Below are positions 50,628-59,906 of a stretch of 64,000 nt of DNA, one piece after another. How positions within the stretch are numbered: the first letter of the stretch is position 1; every line of letters begins with the position of its first letter. Origin of the DNA: Candidatus Bathyarchaeia archaeon (GTDB lineage: Archaea > Thermoproteota > Bathyarchaeia > Bathyarchaeales > Bathycorpusculaceae); assembly GCA_050012255.1 (NCBI GenBank), contig JBEKHN010000007.1, positions 32,001-96,000 on the forward strand, read 5' to 3'. The notes below the pieces were generated by a model that made no database searches, had not been told where the DNA came from, and saw only the letters and a program-made list of their open reading frames with translations. The translations under genes were made by a program, and so were the position numbers.

Positions 50628-52706
50628 ATGGATAATTACACTCTGGTCATAACGGAGAAGCCGGATGCTGCACAAAGAATCGCCCTGGCCCTCGACAAAG
50701 GGGAAAAGCCTAGGAAACTGTCGGAAAATGGCGTGCCCTACTACGTAGCTAAGCGCAACGGCAGGGAAATAGTCGTAGTTCCAGCTTTGGGTCATTTGTA
50801 CACGATTGCTGCTGAGCGAAAGGGGAGAAACTACTACCCGGTTTTCAGTTTTAAATGGGTTCCGCGATACGTTGCCGACAGAAAAGCAACTCGGATTCGC
50901 AGCTGGCTTCAGACTATCACGACATTGGCAAAGAAAGCTGGAGCTTTTGTCGACGCTTGTGACTTCGACGTGGAAGGGTGCGTCATAGGATATTGCATAC
51001 TTAAATATGCTTGTGGCGCCAAGGAGCATGAATCCAAACGCATGAAATTCTCGACTCTAACTAAGCAGGAACTCGAAAAAGCCTACGCTGAACCGTTACC
51101 ACAGCTAGATTTCGGCCTGATAGAAGCCGGGCTTACGAGGCACGAAGTCGATTGGCTGTGCGGTATAAACCTTTCAAGGGCCCTTACTGTCGCAACCAGA
51201 AAATGGAGCGGGAAGTACGCAACATTAAGCACCGGAAGAGTTCAGGGCCCAACTCTAAAGTTTCTCGTTGTAAGAGAAGAGGCCATCAGAAGCTTCGTGC
51301 CGACGCCATACTGGAAAATCAGAGCCCAAGTCGAAAAGGACGGCCGAGTGTTTGAAGCGAGATACGTGAAGGAAAGAATTGAGAACAAGAAAGAAGCGGA
51401 GACTATAGCAAATTCCTGCAAAGATAAGAAAGGACAGATTGAAGAAATCGCCATCAGAGAATTCAAGCACCCACCACCGTTTCCATTTGACCTGGGCACT
51501 TTGCAAAGTGAGGCCTACAACCTGTTCAGCTTTGCGCCTCGACGCACCTTGAACTTAGCACAACAGCTGTACCTGGACGCGCTGATCTCTTATCCAAGAA
51601 CCGACAGCCAGAGGCTTCCATCGACTATAGACTATGCAACGATACTGAAAAACTTGGGAAAAGCCGAAGAGTATCACAAGCTTACGTCAGAACTTCTCTT
51701 GAAGCAGACACTCAAACCTAACGAGGGATACAAGGAAGACCCAGCACACCCAGCCATCTATCCGACTGGAAACTTGCCACGACGAGCTCTTGAAGCCTCC
51801 AAAAGGAAAGTCTGGGATCTAGTCGCCCGGAGGTTCCTAGCAGTTTTCAGCGAACCCGCGGCAAAGCAGAACATGAAAGTTTACGTCAAGATCAATGGCC
51901 ACCGCTTTCACTTCAGCGGAAGACGAATATTGGTCCAGGGATGGATGCGCTACTATGAACCTTACGTTAAGTTTGATGAAGTGCTCCTACCGCCAACAAA
52001 AAAGGGACAGATCGTCAACGTCAAAAAGATAATCCTAGAAGAAGTGTTCAATGAACCACCTACACGGTACAATCCAAGTAGTCTGCTCAAGGATATGGAA
52101 GAAGCAAGAATTGGCACGAAAGCGACCAGAGCCGACATAATGCAAACGCTCTATGACCGGAGATACATTGAAGGCGAAAGAATAACTGTGACCAGCCTGG
52201 GGTTCGAAGTTTTTGATGTCCTAGAAAAACATTGTCCACAAGTCGTTTCCACAGCTTTGACGAGAGAACTCGAAGAAAAGATGGACAGAATTCGAGAGAA
52301 CAGGGAAAAAAGGGAAGATGTTCTGACTGATGTCATCAGAATGCTTCACCCGTCGTTAGCAGCCTTCAAGCAAGAGGAGGAGGTCGTAGGTGAACAACTA
52401 AACGATGCTTTGGAAAGGTCAAAGCTAGAAGAAAGGATCATTGGCACTTGCCCGGTGTGCAAAACTGGAAAACTCATTATAAACTACTCAAGGAAAACTG
52501 GCAAGCGTTTCGTCGGCTGCACAAGCTATTTTAAAGGGCTGTGCAAAACCTGTTTCCCGCTACCACAGAGAGGCACAGTGGGGTCAACTGGGAGAAATTG
52601 CCCTGCATGCGGTTGGCCAACTGTTGAAGTGCGTATGAAGAGGCGCCCGTGGGTTTTGTGTTTCAACTCTGAATGTCCGTCGAAAACAGGAAATAAAAGA
52701 AGTTGA
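50628..52706 (+). CDS. topA: Type IA DNA topoisomerase with C-terminal zinc ribbons
   Basis: ITEKP, GHL, ACDFDVEG, STGRVQGP, ISYPRTDS, GTKATR. Confidence 0.96.
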   Translation: MDNYTLVITEKPDAAQRIALALDKGEKPRKLSENGVPYYVAKRNGREIVVVPALGHLYTIAAERKGRNYYPVFSFKWVPRYVADRKATRIRSWLQTITTLAKKAGAFVDACDFDVEGCVIGYCILKYACGAKEHESKRMKFSTLTKQELEKAYAEPLPQLDFGLIEAGLTRHEVDWLCGINLSRALTVATRKWSGKYATLSTGRVQGPTLKFLVVREEAIRSFVPTPYWKIRAQVEKDGRVFEARYVKERIENKKEAETIANSCKDKKGQIEEIAIREFKHPPPFPFDLGTLQSEAYNLFSFAPRRTLNLAQQLYLDALISYPRTDSQRLPSTIDYATILKNLGKAEEYHKLTSELLLKQTLKPNEGYKEDPAHPAIYPTGNLPRRALEASKRKVWDLVARRFLAVFSEPAAKQNMKVYVKINGHRFHFSGRRILVQGWMRYYEPYVKFDEVLLPPTKKGQIVNVKKIILEEVFNEPPTRYNPSSLLKDMEEARIGTKATRADIMQTLYDRRYIEGERITVTSLGFEVFDVLEKHCPQVVSTALTRELEEKMDRIRENREKREDVLTDVIRMLHPSLAAFKQEEEVVGEQLNDALERSKLEERIIGTCPVCKTGKLIINYSRKTGKRFVGCTSYFKGLCKTCFPLPQRGTVGSTGRNCPACGWPTVEVRMKRRPWVLCFNSECPSKTGNKRS

Positions 52707-52936
52707 AATGTGCAATATGCGACAGAAAATCGCGCACAGGCAAGTATTGTAGGTCGCACGAGAAAGCATGCGAAAACATCGTTAGAAGTTATGAGCAGTG
52801 GAGAAAGGCATTAGAGATTTCTTGGAAAGAGTATTTAAGTCAGATTGCCAACAATCCATTAACAGGAGAATGGACGGTAGAAGTCGTCCAACATCTGTTG
52901 AAAAGTGGAGAGCAGTCAAATGTCAAGAACGGTTAA
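52703..52936 (+). CDS. Small CxxC...CxxH zinc-binding protein coupled to topA
   Basis: CAIC...YCRSH; 4-nt overlap with the topA stop. Confidence 0.75.
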   Translation: MKCAICDRKSRTGKYCRSHEKACENIVRSYEQWRKALEISWKEYLSQIANNPLTGEWTVEVVQHLLKSGEQSNVKNG

Positions 52937-53345
52937 GAAAAGCATCTCTTCGTTGTCATTTTCACTAAACAAACTTTATAGGATGATCTCGACGACAAGA
53001 CCATCAAATCTCTTAATTCCACTGCTCTCGATAGGTTTTGCCGTGTTTTTGTTCGGAGGCGGGCTGTACGACTTGATAATGAAACCGCTTCCAGCAGTCT
53101 ATTATGGTGGGCGATTCCTGTTTCTCTACCCGTCGCTTTCCGAGCAGTTCATAGGCGACAGCATCGTTTCCATAACTGTCTACGCCCTTGGAATAATCGG
53201 CTTGCTGGCAGTATATCAGAGCACCAAGTATGTGTACAAGCCAAGACAAGCCTACATGATGTTGATCATAGGAATCGTTCTTGTGCTGTTGGCATACATA
53301 TTTCTTGAAGCCTCAATACACTTTAAGTTGACCGGAGGCGCATGA
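52920..53345 (+). CDS. OST3/OST6/OSTC(DC2)-like 3-TM protein
   Basis: FLFGGGLYDLI..P...Y...SEQFIGDS.......LG..G resembles the OSTC GG..YD...P...Q...EG pattern. Confidence 0.65.
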   Translation: MSRTVKKSISSLSFSLNKLYRMISTTRPSNLLIPLLSIGFAVFLFGGGLYDLIMKPLPAVYYGGRFLFLYPSLSEQFIGDSIVSITVYALGIIGLLAVYQSTKYVYKPRQAYMMLIIGIVLVLLAYIFLEASIHFKLTGGA

Positions 53346-53362
53346 GAGTACATCGCCAAGCA

Positions 53363-53860
53363 TTACCAAGGATTACTTTTTAGCCTCAACTTGTACGCAG
53401 CGAAGTTTGTTAACAGATGAATGGGAGGAGTAATGACTAGAACTGTGACACACAGCTCCCAACTCCACGCCATGGAAAGAGGAAACGAGAAAAGAATCGC
53501 GCCTAATATGAAGTCTAGTTGATCCACAACTGGCAACCGCCCGCCTGGAGGAATGGCAAGTCTCCGCTTTACAAAGGCTCCAGCCAAGTCTCCAAACAGA
53601 GCGCCCAAAGACAGCAGCAAACCAAACATGATGTGATAATTGAAGACCAAACTCTCTGCCAAACCTGCCACCGTTCCGACAGCCAGCCCGGCAAAAAAAC
53701 CTCGAAAAGTCTTGTTTTTCCCGAACACAGGTCTTCCATCAGGAAGCTTTTTCCCAAAATCCATAGCTGGCCCACCACCAGCAAGTACAGGAACGGCATT
53801 CGCACAATACGCAGGAAATATAAACTCTAGCGCTCGAACGACTATCTGAACTAAGTCCAT
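53363..53860 (-). CDS. carS: CDP-archaeol synthase
   Basis: PAYCANA.PV, D.G....DG...FG..KT.RG, GDL.GAF.KRR, DQLDF. Confidence 0.95.
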   Translation of the reverse strand: MDLVQIVVRALEFIFPAYCANAVPVLAGGGPAMDFGKKLPDGRPVFGKNKTFRGFFAGLAVGTVAGLAESLVFNYHIMFGLLLSLGALFGDLAGAFVKRRLAIPPGGRLPVVDQLDFILGAILFSFPLSMAWSWELCVTVLVITPPIHLLTNFAAYKLRLKSNPW

Positions 53861-53889
53861 TCTCCATACTCCGTTTAATAAGGCTGATA

Positions 53890-54573
53890 CTAGTGTATTC
53901 CACGTTCTTCAATTCTTAAGTTACAAGTCATTGGAGGAAGCTTTGCCGGGTTCTTTTCTACAGTTGCCTCGATTGCCTGGGGGTTTTCAGTGAGCTTCAT
54001 AGCAAGAACCGTGTCGGCCCAGAACTTTACGACTCTCGTGGCAACAGGCGCGATGCTCACAGGAACTTCATTCAGAACGCTGTGAACCTGACTGGTCAAC
54101 AAAACCACAATTCTCTGGGTCCTGGCAGCCTGTGCTAGGCTTGCCAACTGTCTGTTCAGTTCTCGGTTAAGCTCAAACGTTTTTGACGGAGACTCTGCAA
54201 TCCTAAGGCGATACAGTGACGTTACGGTGTCGAAGACGACGAGCTTGAAATTCTGGTTTACATAATCAGTCAACTGATCTACGACCATAGTCTGCTCACG
54301 AAAATCATTCGGCCTGACTAGAATTATCAGTTCCGGAACTTCTTTGGACTGTTCAGGAACGATCTGAGAAAGCCTTTGAGCTGAAAATGTTCTGTCAGAA
54401 TCCACAAAGAGCGTTTTGTAGCCTTGCCTCCCACAGTTTGTGGCACACTGCATGGCTAGTGTTGTTTTTCCAGTTTCAGCTTCGCCATAGATGAGGGCAA
54501 CGGTGTCAACTGGGAAACCCCCTTTTAGGAACTCGTCAATTGGTCTGCAATTTGTTGGAATTTTTTTAAGCAT
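53890..54573 (-). CDS. radB: DNA repair protein RadB-like RecA-fold ATPase
   Basis: YGEAETGKT, FSAQRL, FDTVTSLYR. Confidence 0.8.
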   Translation of the reverse strand: MLKKIPTNCRPIDEFLKGGFPVDTVALIYGEAETGKTTLAMQCATNCGRQGYKTLFVDSDRTFSAQRLSQIVPEQSKEVPELIILVRPNDFREQTMVVDQLTDYVNQNFKLVVFDTVTSLYRLRIAESPSKTFELNRELNRQLASLAQAARTQRIVVLLTSQVHSVLNEVPVSIAPVATRVVKFWADTVLAMKLTENPQAIEATVEKNPAKLPPMTCNLRIEERGIH

Positions 54574-54654
54574 GTCCGTGCACGTCAACAGATATAAACG
54601 GCCGAATTATAATGTGTTTTTGTGTTCAAAAGTCCTGAGCGCCCGGATAGTTGT

Positions 54655-55308
54655 ATGAAAGCGAAAATAGCGGTGGCAACAGTTTCAGGGAAAGCCTACT
54701 TTCTTATCGTAAGCGAGCTTAAGAGGAGGAATGTTTCTTTTCTAAGCTTAACTCCATGCGAACCTGTTCCAATAGAGATCAAAGTTGTCATAACCACCGA
54801 AGGGGAAAAGGAATTGATAAACCATGAAGAAGTACTGGCCTACAAGAATGGAATGGAGACAGCAGCATTCATAAACGAAGCCCTGCAAATTGTTCAGGGA
54901 AAAGGATCGTTTGAAAAAGTGACTATAGGTGTCGACCCAGGTGAGGTTTTTGGACTAGCAGTTCTAGCAGATGGCAGAGTGGTTGAAACAGGAAACTGTT
55001 ACAGCGTAGAAGAGACTCTGCATAAAATAGAGACGATAATCAGGGGCCTCAAGAACACTCCAGTCTCAACGATTTCAGTAAAGGTCGGCGATGGAGTTCC
55101 TGCGTGCAAAGAAAGACTCTTGCGAGACTTGGACAACGCACTGCCCCCCAACGTGGTGCTAGAAAGCGTAAGAGAAGCTGGTACAAACCGTCGTCTCAAC
55201 GAAGCGAAACACAGAAGAGGCTTAAGAGATATTGTTTCGGCGATTCAGATAGCAGGGAGAAACGGACATTTGTTTCAAAGGAGGAAGCCAGGTGAATCGC
55301 ACAGTTGA
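54655..55308 (+). CDS. YqgF/RuvX-like RNase H-fold protein with an extra N-terminal domain
   Basis: IGVDPG, VKVGDG, VREAGT, DIVSAIQI. Confidence 0.75.
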   Translation: MKAKIAVATVSGKAYFLIVSELKRRNVSFLSLTPCEPVPIEIKVVITTEGEKELINHEEVLAYKNGMETAAFINEALQIVQGKGSFEKVTIGVDPGEVFGLAVLADGRVVETGNCYSVEETLHKIETIIRGLKNTPVSTISVKVGDGVPACKERLLRDLDNALPPNVVLESVREAGTNRRLNEAKHRRGLRDIVSAIQIAGRNGHLFQRRKPGESHS

Positions 55309-56608
55309 AAATGGCAGGACTCTTCTAGTTGACGGCCCGGCCTCGGTCACTCTGAGTTCAGGCAAAGTAGAAGTTTTCGGGTCAGCGATAAGTGAAAAGG
55401 GTAAAGTTGTTATACGTGAAGGCAAGAGGCTGCCTTTTGCAGTTCAGGAAAGGGCTGTTCTTGACATTTCATTAGGAGAAAACGCAGCAGTCGAAGAAGT
55501 TGATGGCAACACTATCCCCTCATCCTGGATTGAATCAGCTCAGGAGCTTCTGGACCTGCAAACCAGACCTGTAACGGCGATGATCTTCGGGAATGCGGAC
55601 TCTGGAAAAACAGGTTTTTGCACGTACCTATTGAACAGAGTCTTACGTGAAAAACGTAAAGTCGCAGTTTTGGACGGAGACTTGGGTCAGTCAGACGTTG
55701 GGCCACCGTCAACTGTCGCCTACGCTTTTGTGAATAAAGCAGTAACCGACCTCTTCAACCTTCAAGCAAAAAACGCGTTCTTCATTGGCGAAACGTCACC
55801 AGGCAACGCTGTAGACAAGATGATCGAAGGTCTTTCCTTGCTGAAGAAAGAGATCATGGCTACCAATCCTGAGTTCTTGGTCATAAACACTGACGGCTGG
55901 GTCGAAGGAGAATGCGCCGTTGCGTACAAACTCAAACTTGCTGAGGAACTTGAGCCTGGAGTGATTTTTTGCATCCGCCAAACAGATGAACTAGCACCGC
56001 TCCTGACCGCCCTTGAAAAATTCAAAAAAGTCACTGTTGAATCTCCTGTCGCAATAAGGCGAAGAGACAGCGAAAGACGCAAGACCCTTCGCGAACTCGG
56101 ATACAAGAAATACTTAAGAAACCCAAGAGTTCAGTCACTTTCGTTGAGCTGGCTGAAAGTTGAGGGAAACGATTCTTTTGGCTTAACTAAGCCTCACATG
56201 AACAATAGGGAAGCAAGAAGAATATGCGATCTCCTCGGAATGAAGCCCTTGCAACTATCAGAACTAAGTGATAGAATCAGCATAGTCATTGGTAGAAGAC
56301 GCTGGATCAGCTCGGACAACATAAAGAAGGTTGAGCAGGCAACCAAAAAGAGGGTTGTGGTAACCAGAAAAGGCGAAGAAGAAAGGTTGCTCGCAGCTTT
56401 GTATGACGACAAGAGAAGATTTCTCGGCATCGGCATCTTGCAGGAAGTCGACTACCTTAGGAAGGCCTTGAAAGTTATCACCCCTGTGTCTGAAGAAGCG
56501 TCAATCCTTGTCTTGGGAAAGGTGAAGCTTGACAAGAACATGAAAGAGATTTCCCTGACTGCTGAAGAAAACAACTTAGACTTTTCGTCTTTCAAGAAAC
56601 TTTTTTAA
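55292..56608 (+). CDS. Clp1/Grc3/Nol9-family polynucleotide 5'-OH kinase
   Basis: GNADSGKT, DGDLGQSDVGPP, INTDGWV, RKTLRE. Confidence 0.92.
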   Translation: MNRTVENGRTLLVDGPASVTLSSGKVEVFGSAISEKGKVVIREGKRLPFAVQERAVLDISLGENAAVEEVDGNTIPSSWIESAQELLDLQTRPVTAMIFGNADSGKTGFCTYLLNRVLREKRKVAVLDGDLGQSDVGPPSTVAYAFVNKAVTDLFNLQAKNAFFIGETSPGNAVDKMIEGLSLLKKEIMATNPEFLVINTDGWVEGECAVAYKLKLAEELEPGVIFCIRQTDELAPLLTALEKFKKVTVESPVAIRRRDSERRKTLRELGYKKYLRNPRVQSLSLSWLKVEGNDSFGLTKPHMNNREARRICDLLGMKPLQLSELSDRISIVIGRRRWISSDNIKKVEQATKKRVVVTRKGEEERLLAALYDDKRRFLGIGILQEVDYLRKALKVITPVSEEASILVLGKVKLDKNMKEISLTAEENNLDFSSFKKLF

Positions 56609-56896
56609 AGAAATACGATGGCCAGAACGTTCAGAAGCCGTAGAAAACTGAATTCTTTTTCGACTGGCATGGCCTTAAGCCAAAGCGCGCGCTATTACGT
56701 CTGGATCGAATTTGGTTCGCCGAGCTGGGATATGGGTGATTCCTGGACCGTTTTGGGGCCAGTCGACGTCATGCGGTACGATAGCACGCGCGTTCTCGCG
56801 GATAAGAGCGGCGAGGTCGATTCCAAATTGGGTCCCTTGTTGTTTTGTCGACGGTTCTGCTCCGAAGAAAGAACGCGCGCCCACAAGCGTCTTGTT

Positions 56897-57559
56897 TTAG
56901 CTCCATAGATGTCTCGATGGGCAAAGCCTGGCTAAAGGGCATTCCTTGCACAGCGGAGTTTTTGCTTTGCAGTACTTTCTCCCGTGTAAAATCAACAATG
57001 TGTGAACAGCCAGGTAGTCTTTTGGATCGTAGATCGACTGAAGAGCTCCACGCACAGTTTCGTAGTCTGCCACTCGAGGAGCCAGGCCCAGCCGTTTGGA
57101 TACTCTGTTAACGTGCGTATCAACGGGCACTGTTGGTTTTTTGGCGCTGAACAGCAATAAAACGTCTGCTGTTTTGGGTCCGACGCCGGGAAGTTGCAAC
57201 AGTCCTTCTCTTGCCTCATCGAGAGGCTTCGACAAGATTTATGCTAGGTTACCGTTGTATTTCTTGAGTATTATCCTTGAGACTTGTTGTATCGCCCGAG
57301 CTTTGTTGTGGTACAGGCCAGCAACTTTCAAGCAGTTTTCGATCTGTTTGATTTCAGCGTCTGCGAGGGTTTCGGGAGTTATTCGGAACTTGTTCGAGAG
57401 GTTTTCGAAGGCTCTTGCGGTGTTCTTGTCGTTGGTGTTTTGTGAAATGATCGTTGCAATCAACGTTGCGAAGGGGTTCCGAGTCGCGGTCGTCCATGTT
57501 GCCATCGCAAACGTGGTGCGAAGTATTCTGAGGATTGTTTCGGCACGACGGTCGGCCAT
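56897..57559 (-). pseudogene. nth: Endonuclease III with an in-frame TAA at 57239-57241
   Basis: LIATIISQNT, AGLY..KA, then after the stop LPGVGPKTAD, VDTHV and C-x6-C-x2-C-x5-C in the same frame. Confidence 0.9.
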
Positions 57560-57632
57560 TAGGGAGCCCCGTGTTTTGAAAGTAATAAATAGTGAGTGCT
57601 CGAAGCTACTAATAAGCAATGGAGAGGGAAGG

Positions 57633-58004
57633 TTGGAGCGGGCAAGAGTCTTTAAGGACGAAATAACTGAGCAGAGCACGCGTTTTCTTGCGGTCTATGT
57701 GGAAGCGAAGAATTCATGTTTGGTAATGCTGAGTGAGAGGGAAGACAAGCTTGGGACGCTTGCAATCGCTGTTCCAAGACCGAAGGATTTGCTCGGCCCC
57801 CCATCGTCATCAGTTCTCCTCGGGGACAAGAACGCGATTTCAGCCCGCATGTTCGCGGAATACTTGGCTGCAAGAAAGGAGAAGATTGCCTTGGTCTCGG
57901 TTTATCTTGAAACGATGGATGAGACACAGGCGCAGTCAATCTTTAAACGCTTGATAGAGAGGGTTGCCCACGAGCAGCCGCAGAAGGAGGCATCTGGCGC
58001 ATGA
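57633..58004 (+). CDS. Conserved protein, possibly proteasome assembly chaperone PAC4-like
   Basis: N..LV.LSE....LGTLAIA.P...SS.LLG......AR..A..LA......VSV; overlaps the ubiD start. Confidence 0.55.
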   Translation: MERARVFKDEITEQSTRFLAVYVEAKNSCLVMLSEREDKLGTLAIAVPRPKDLLGPPSSSVLLGDKNAISARMFAEYLAARKEKIALVSVYLETMDETQAQSIFKRLIERVAHEQPQKEASGA

Positions 58005-59347
58005 GCCTCAGAGACTTTCTCAAACAAATGGAAAAAGAAAGGGAGGTTTTGCACGTAAAGGATGAGGTCTCGTCACGCTTTGAAATGGCGTACGTCATGA
58101 AGAGCTTTGATGTCGAAGGTCCAATTCTGCTTTTTGAGAACGTGAAGGATCATGCGATGAGGGTTGTTGCTAACGTCTCGGGGACTAGAGAGAGAATTTA
58201 CAGAGCGCTCAATGTTGGCCATGATGAGCTTTATGGAAGACTGACGGCTGCTTGGCGCTTGCCGAGTAAACCCAACAAGGTCAAGAATGCTGCAGTTAAA
58301 GAGTGTAAAGAGAAAGATGTTGACTTATCGAGGATTCCTGTTCTTACTCACTTTGAGAAGGACGCGGGGCCTTACATCACTTCGGCAGTTGTGCATGCTA
58401 GAAGCCTCGAGGGAGAGGTCGAGAACGTGTCAGTGCATCGCCTTCAGGTCTTGGACAGAAAGCACTTGGCGATTCGTCTGGTGCCCCGGCATCTCTTCAA
58501 ATTGTGGCGAATGGCAAAAGAGGCTGGAAAAGACCTTGACGTAGCGATCTCTGTCGGCGTTCACCCAGCAGTTTTGCTGGCAGCTTCTTGTCCTCTGCCC
58601 TTCGGCGTGAGCGAGTATGGCGTTGCAAACGCCTTGTTGGACAACAACCTCAAGCTGACTGAGTGTGAGCAAGTGAACGCTTGTTCCCCAGCTGAGGCTG
58701 AACTTGTCTTGGAAGGAAGAATCTCGGCGACGAAAGAGGTTGCGGAGGGCCCGTTTGTCGATGTCACTGGAACTTATGATGTGCAGAGAAAGCAGCCGGT
58801 TGTAGACATCGTAGGTCTTACGCACAGACGGGAATATGTGTATCAAGCGCTTCTCTCCTCTGGAGCTGAGCACAGGCTTCTGATGGGGTTGCCTCACGAA
58901 GTGCTGATCTGGGAAGCAGTTTCGAAGGTTGTACCGAGGGTTTGCGCAGTAAACCTGTCAGCCGGTGGAAGTGGGTGGCTTCACGCTGTGATCTCTGTTG
59001 AGAAGCAACTGGAAGGTGATGGGAAGAACGCTTTGTTGGCGGCCTTTGCGGCGCATCCGAGTTTGAAGCATGCGGTAGTCGTGGATTCTGACATTGACGT
59101 GTGTGACGTTTCAGACGTGGAGTGGGCTGTTGCGACGCGTTTTCAAGGAAGTGAAGACTTGATCGTGATGGAGAACGTGCGCGGTTCAAGTTTGGACCCT
59201 TCAGCGGATCAGGAGAGGGTCTTGACTGCGAAAGTGGGCTTCGACGCCACTAAACCTTTGGGGAAGCCGAGAGAGAAGTTTGAAAAAGCGAGGATTCCGG
59301 CTGGCGATAGCGCTGAAAAGATCGTTCGCAGGTTGCGTCGAGCATGA
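58001..59347 (+). CDS. UbiD-family prFMN decarboxylase (probably anhydromevalonate phosphate decarboxylase)
   Basis: DAGPYITS, SVHRL, AELVLEG, EGPFVD.TG.Y, VVDSDID, GSSLDPS. Confidence 0.88.
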   Translation: MSLRDFLKQMEKEREVLHVKDEVSSRFEMAYVMKSFDVEGPILLFENVKDHAMRVVANVSGTRERIYRALNVGHDELYGRLTAAWRLPSKPNKVKNAAVKECKEKDVDLSRIPVLTHFEKDAGPYITSAVVHARSLEGEVENVSVHRLQVLDRKHLAIRLVPRHLFKLWRMAKEAGKDLDVAISVGVHPAVLLAASCPLPFGVSEYGVANALLDNNLKLTECEQVNACSPAEAELVLEGRISATKEVAEGPFVDVTGTYDVQRKQPVVDIVGLTHRREYVYQALLSSGAEHRLLMGLPHEVLIWEAVSKVVPRVCAVNLSAGGSGWLHAVISVEKQLEGDGKNALLAAFAAHPSLKHAVVVDSDIDVCDVSDVEWAVATRFQGSEDLIVMENVRGSSLDPSADQERVLTAKVGFDATKPLGKPREKFEKARIPAGDSAEKIVRRLRRA

Positions 59348-59392
59348 GTGGAGGTGACTTGTTTGGCGGGGGAGAAGAAGAGGGAAGGAGAC

Positions 59393-59851
59393 GTGTCTCT
59401 TAGAGTTGAGGACGTCATGGTGAAGGAGGTCATCACCATAGACGAAGACTTGACTGTGAAAGAGGCTGCGGAGATCATGAACAAGTTTGAGATCGGCTGC
59501 GTGATCGGCGTGAGAAGAGGGAAGGCCATGGGAATACTGACTGAACGAGACGTGCTGAAAAGGGTGGTTGCAGAGGGCAAAGATGCTGGTAAGATTAAGG
59601 TAAGAGATGCCATGACGAGTCCTCTGGTTATCGCTGAGCCGGGCATGGACCTCGGGGAAGCGGTGAAGCTGATGTTTCAGATGAAGATCAAGAAACTGCC
59701 CGTGGTTGATGGAAAACGCCTCGTGGGCTTGGTGAGTCTGACGGATATAGCTCGTTTTCAGCCTCAGATGATCACTATACTGAAGCAGCTTGCAGCGAGA
59801 CAGACACCACCGAAAAGCATGCAGAAAGTCATCGACCGCTACGTTGTATAG
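59393..59851 (+). CDS. CBS-pair protein
   Basis: VEDVM...GILTERD; VRDAMT...LPVV...GLVSLTD. Confidence 0.93.
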   Translation: MSLRVEDVMVKEVITIDEDLTVKEAAEIMNKFEIGCVIGVRRGKAMGILTERDVLKRVVAEGKDAGKIKVRDAMTSPLVIAEPGMDLGEAVKLMFQMKIKKLPVVDGKRLVGLVSLTDIARFQPQMITILKQLAARQTPPKSMQKVIDRYVV

Positions 59852-59906
59852 ACAAACGCTCATGGTCTCTGTTCCGATTCCAAGCGAGCGCGCGCACATG
59901 AGCGCT

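Noticed and set aside
56618-56908. Several overlapping short ORFs between the Clp1 kinase and nth
   Set aside because: No recognisable motif in any frame. It may be a gene remnant but cannot be assigned.
5512-57559. Stop-codon reassignment (TAG as pyrrolysine or Gln) to explain the in-frame stops
   Set aside because: Both TAA and TAG interrupt genes, the implied residues differ (E, Y, Q), some of the same genes have frameshifts or a lost catalytic Cys, and TAG/TAA end many intact core genes normally.
57096-57632. Long N-terminal part of the 302-aa ORF 57096..58004
   Set aside because: It is the antisense shadow of nth; the real gene starts at about 57633.
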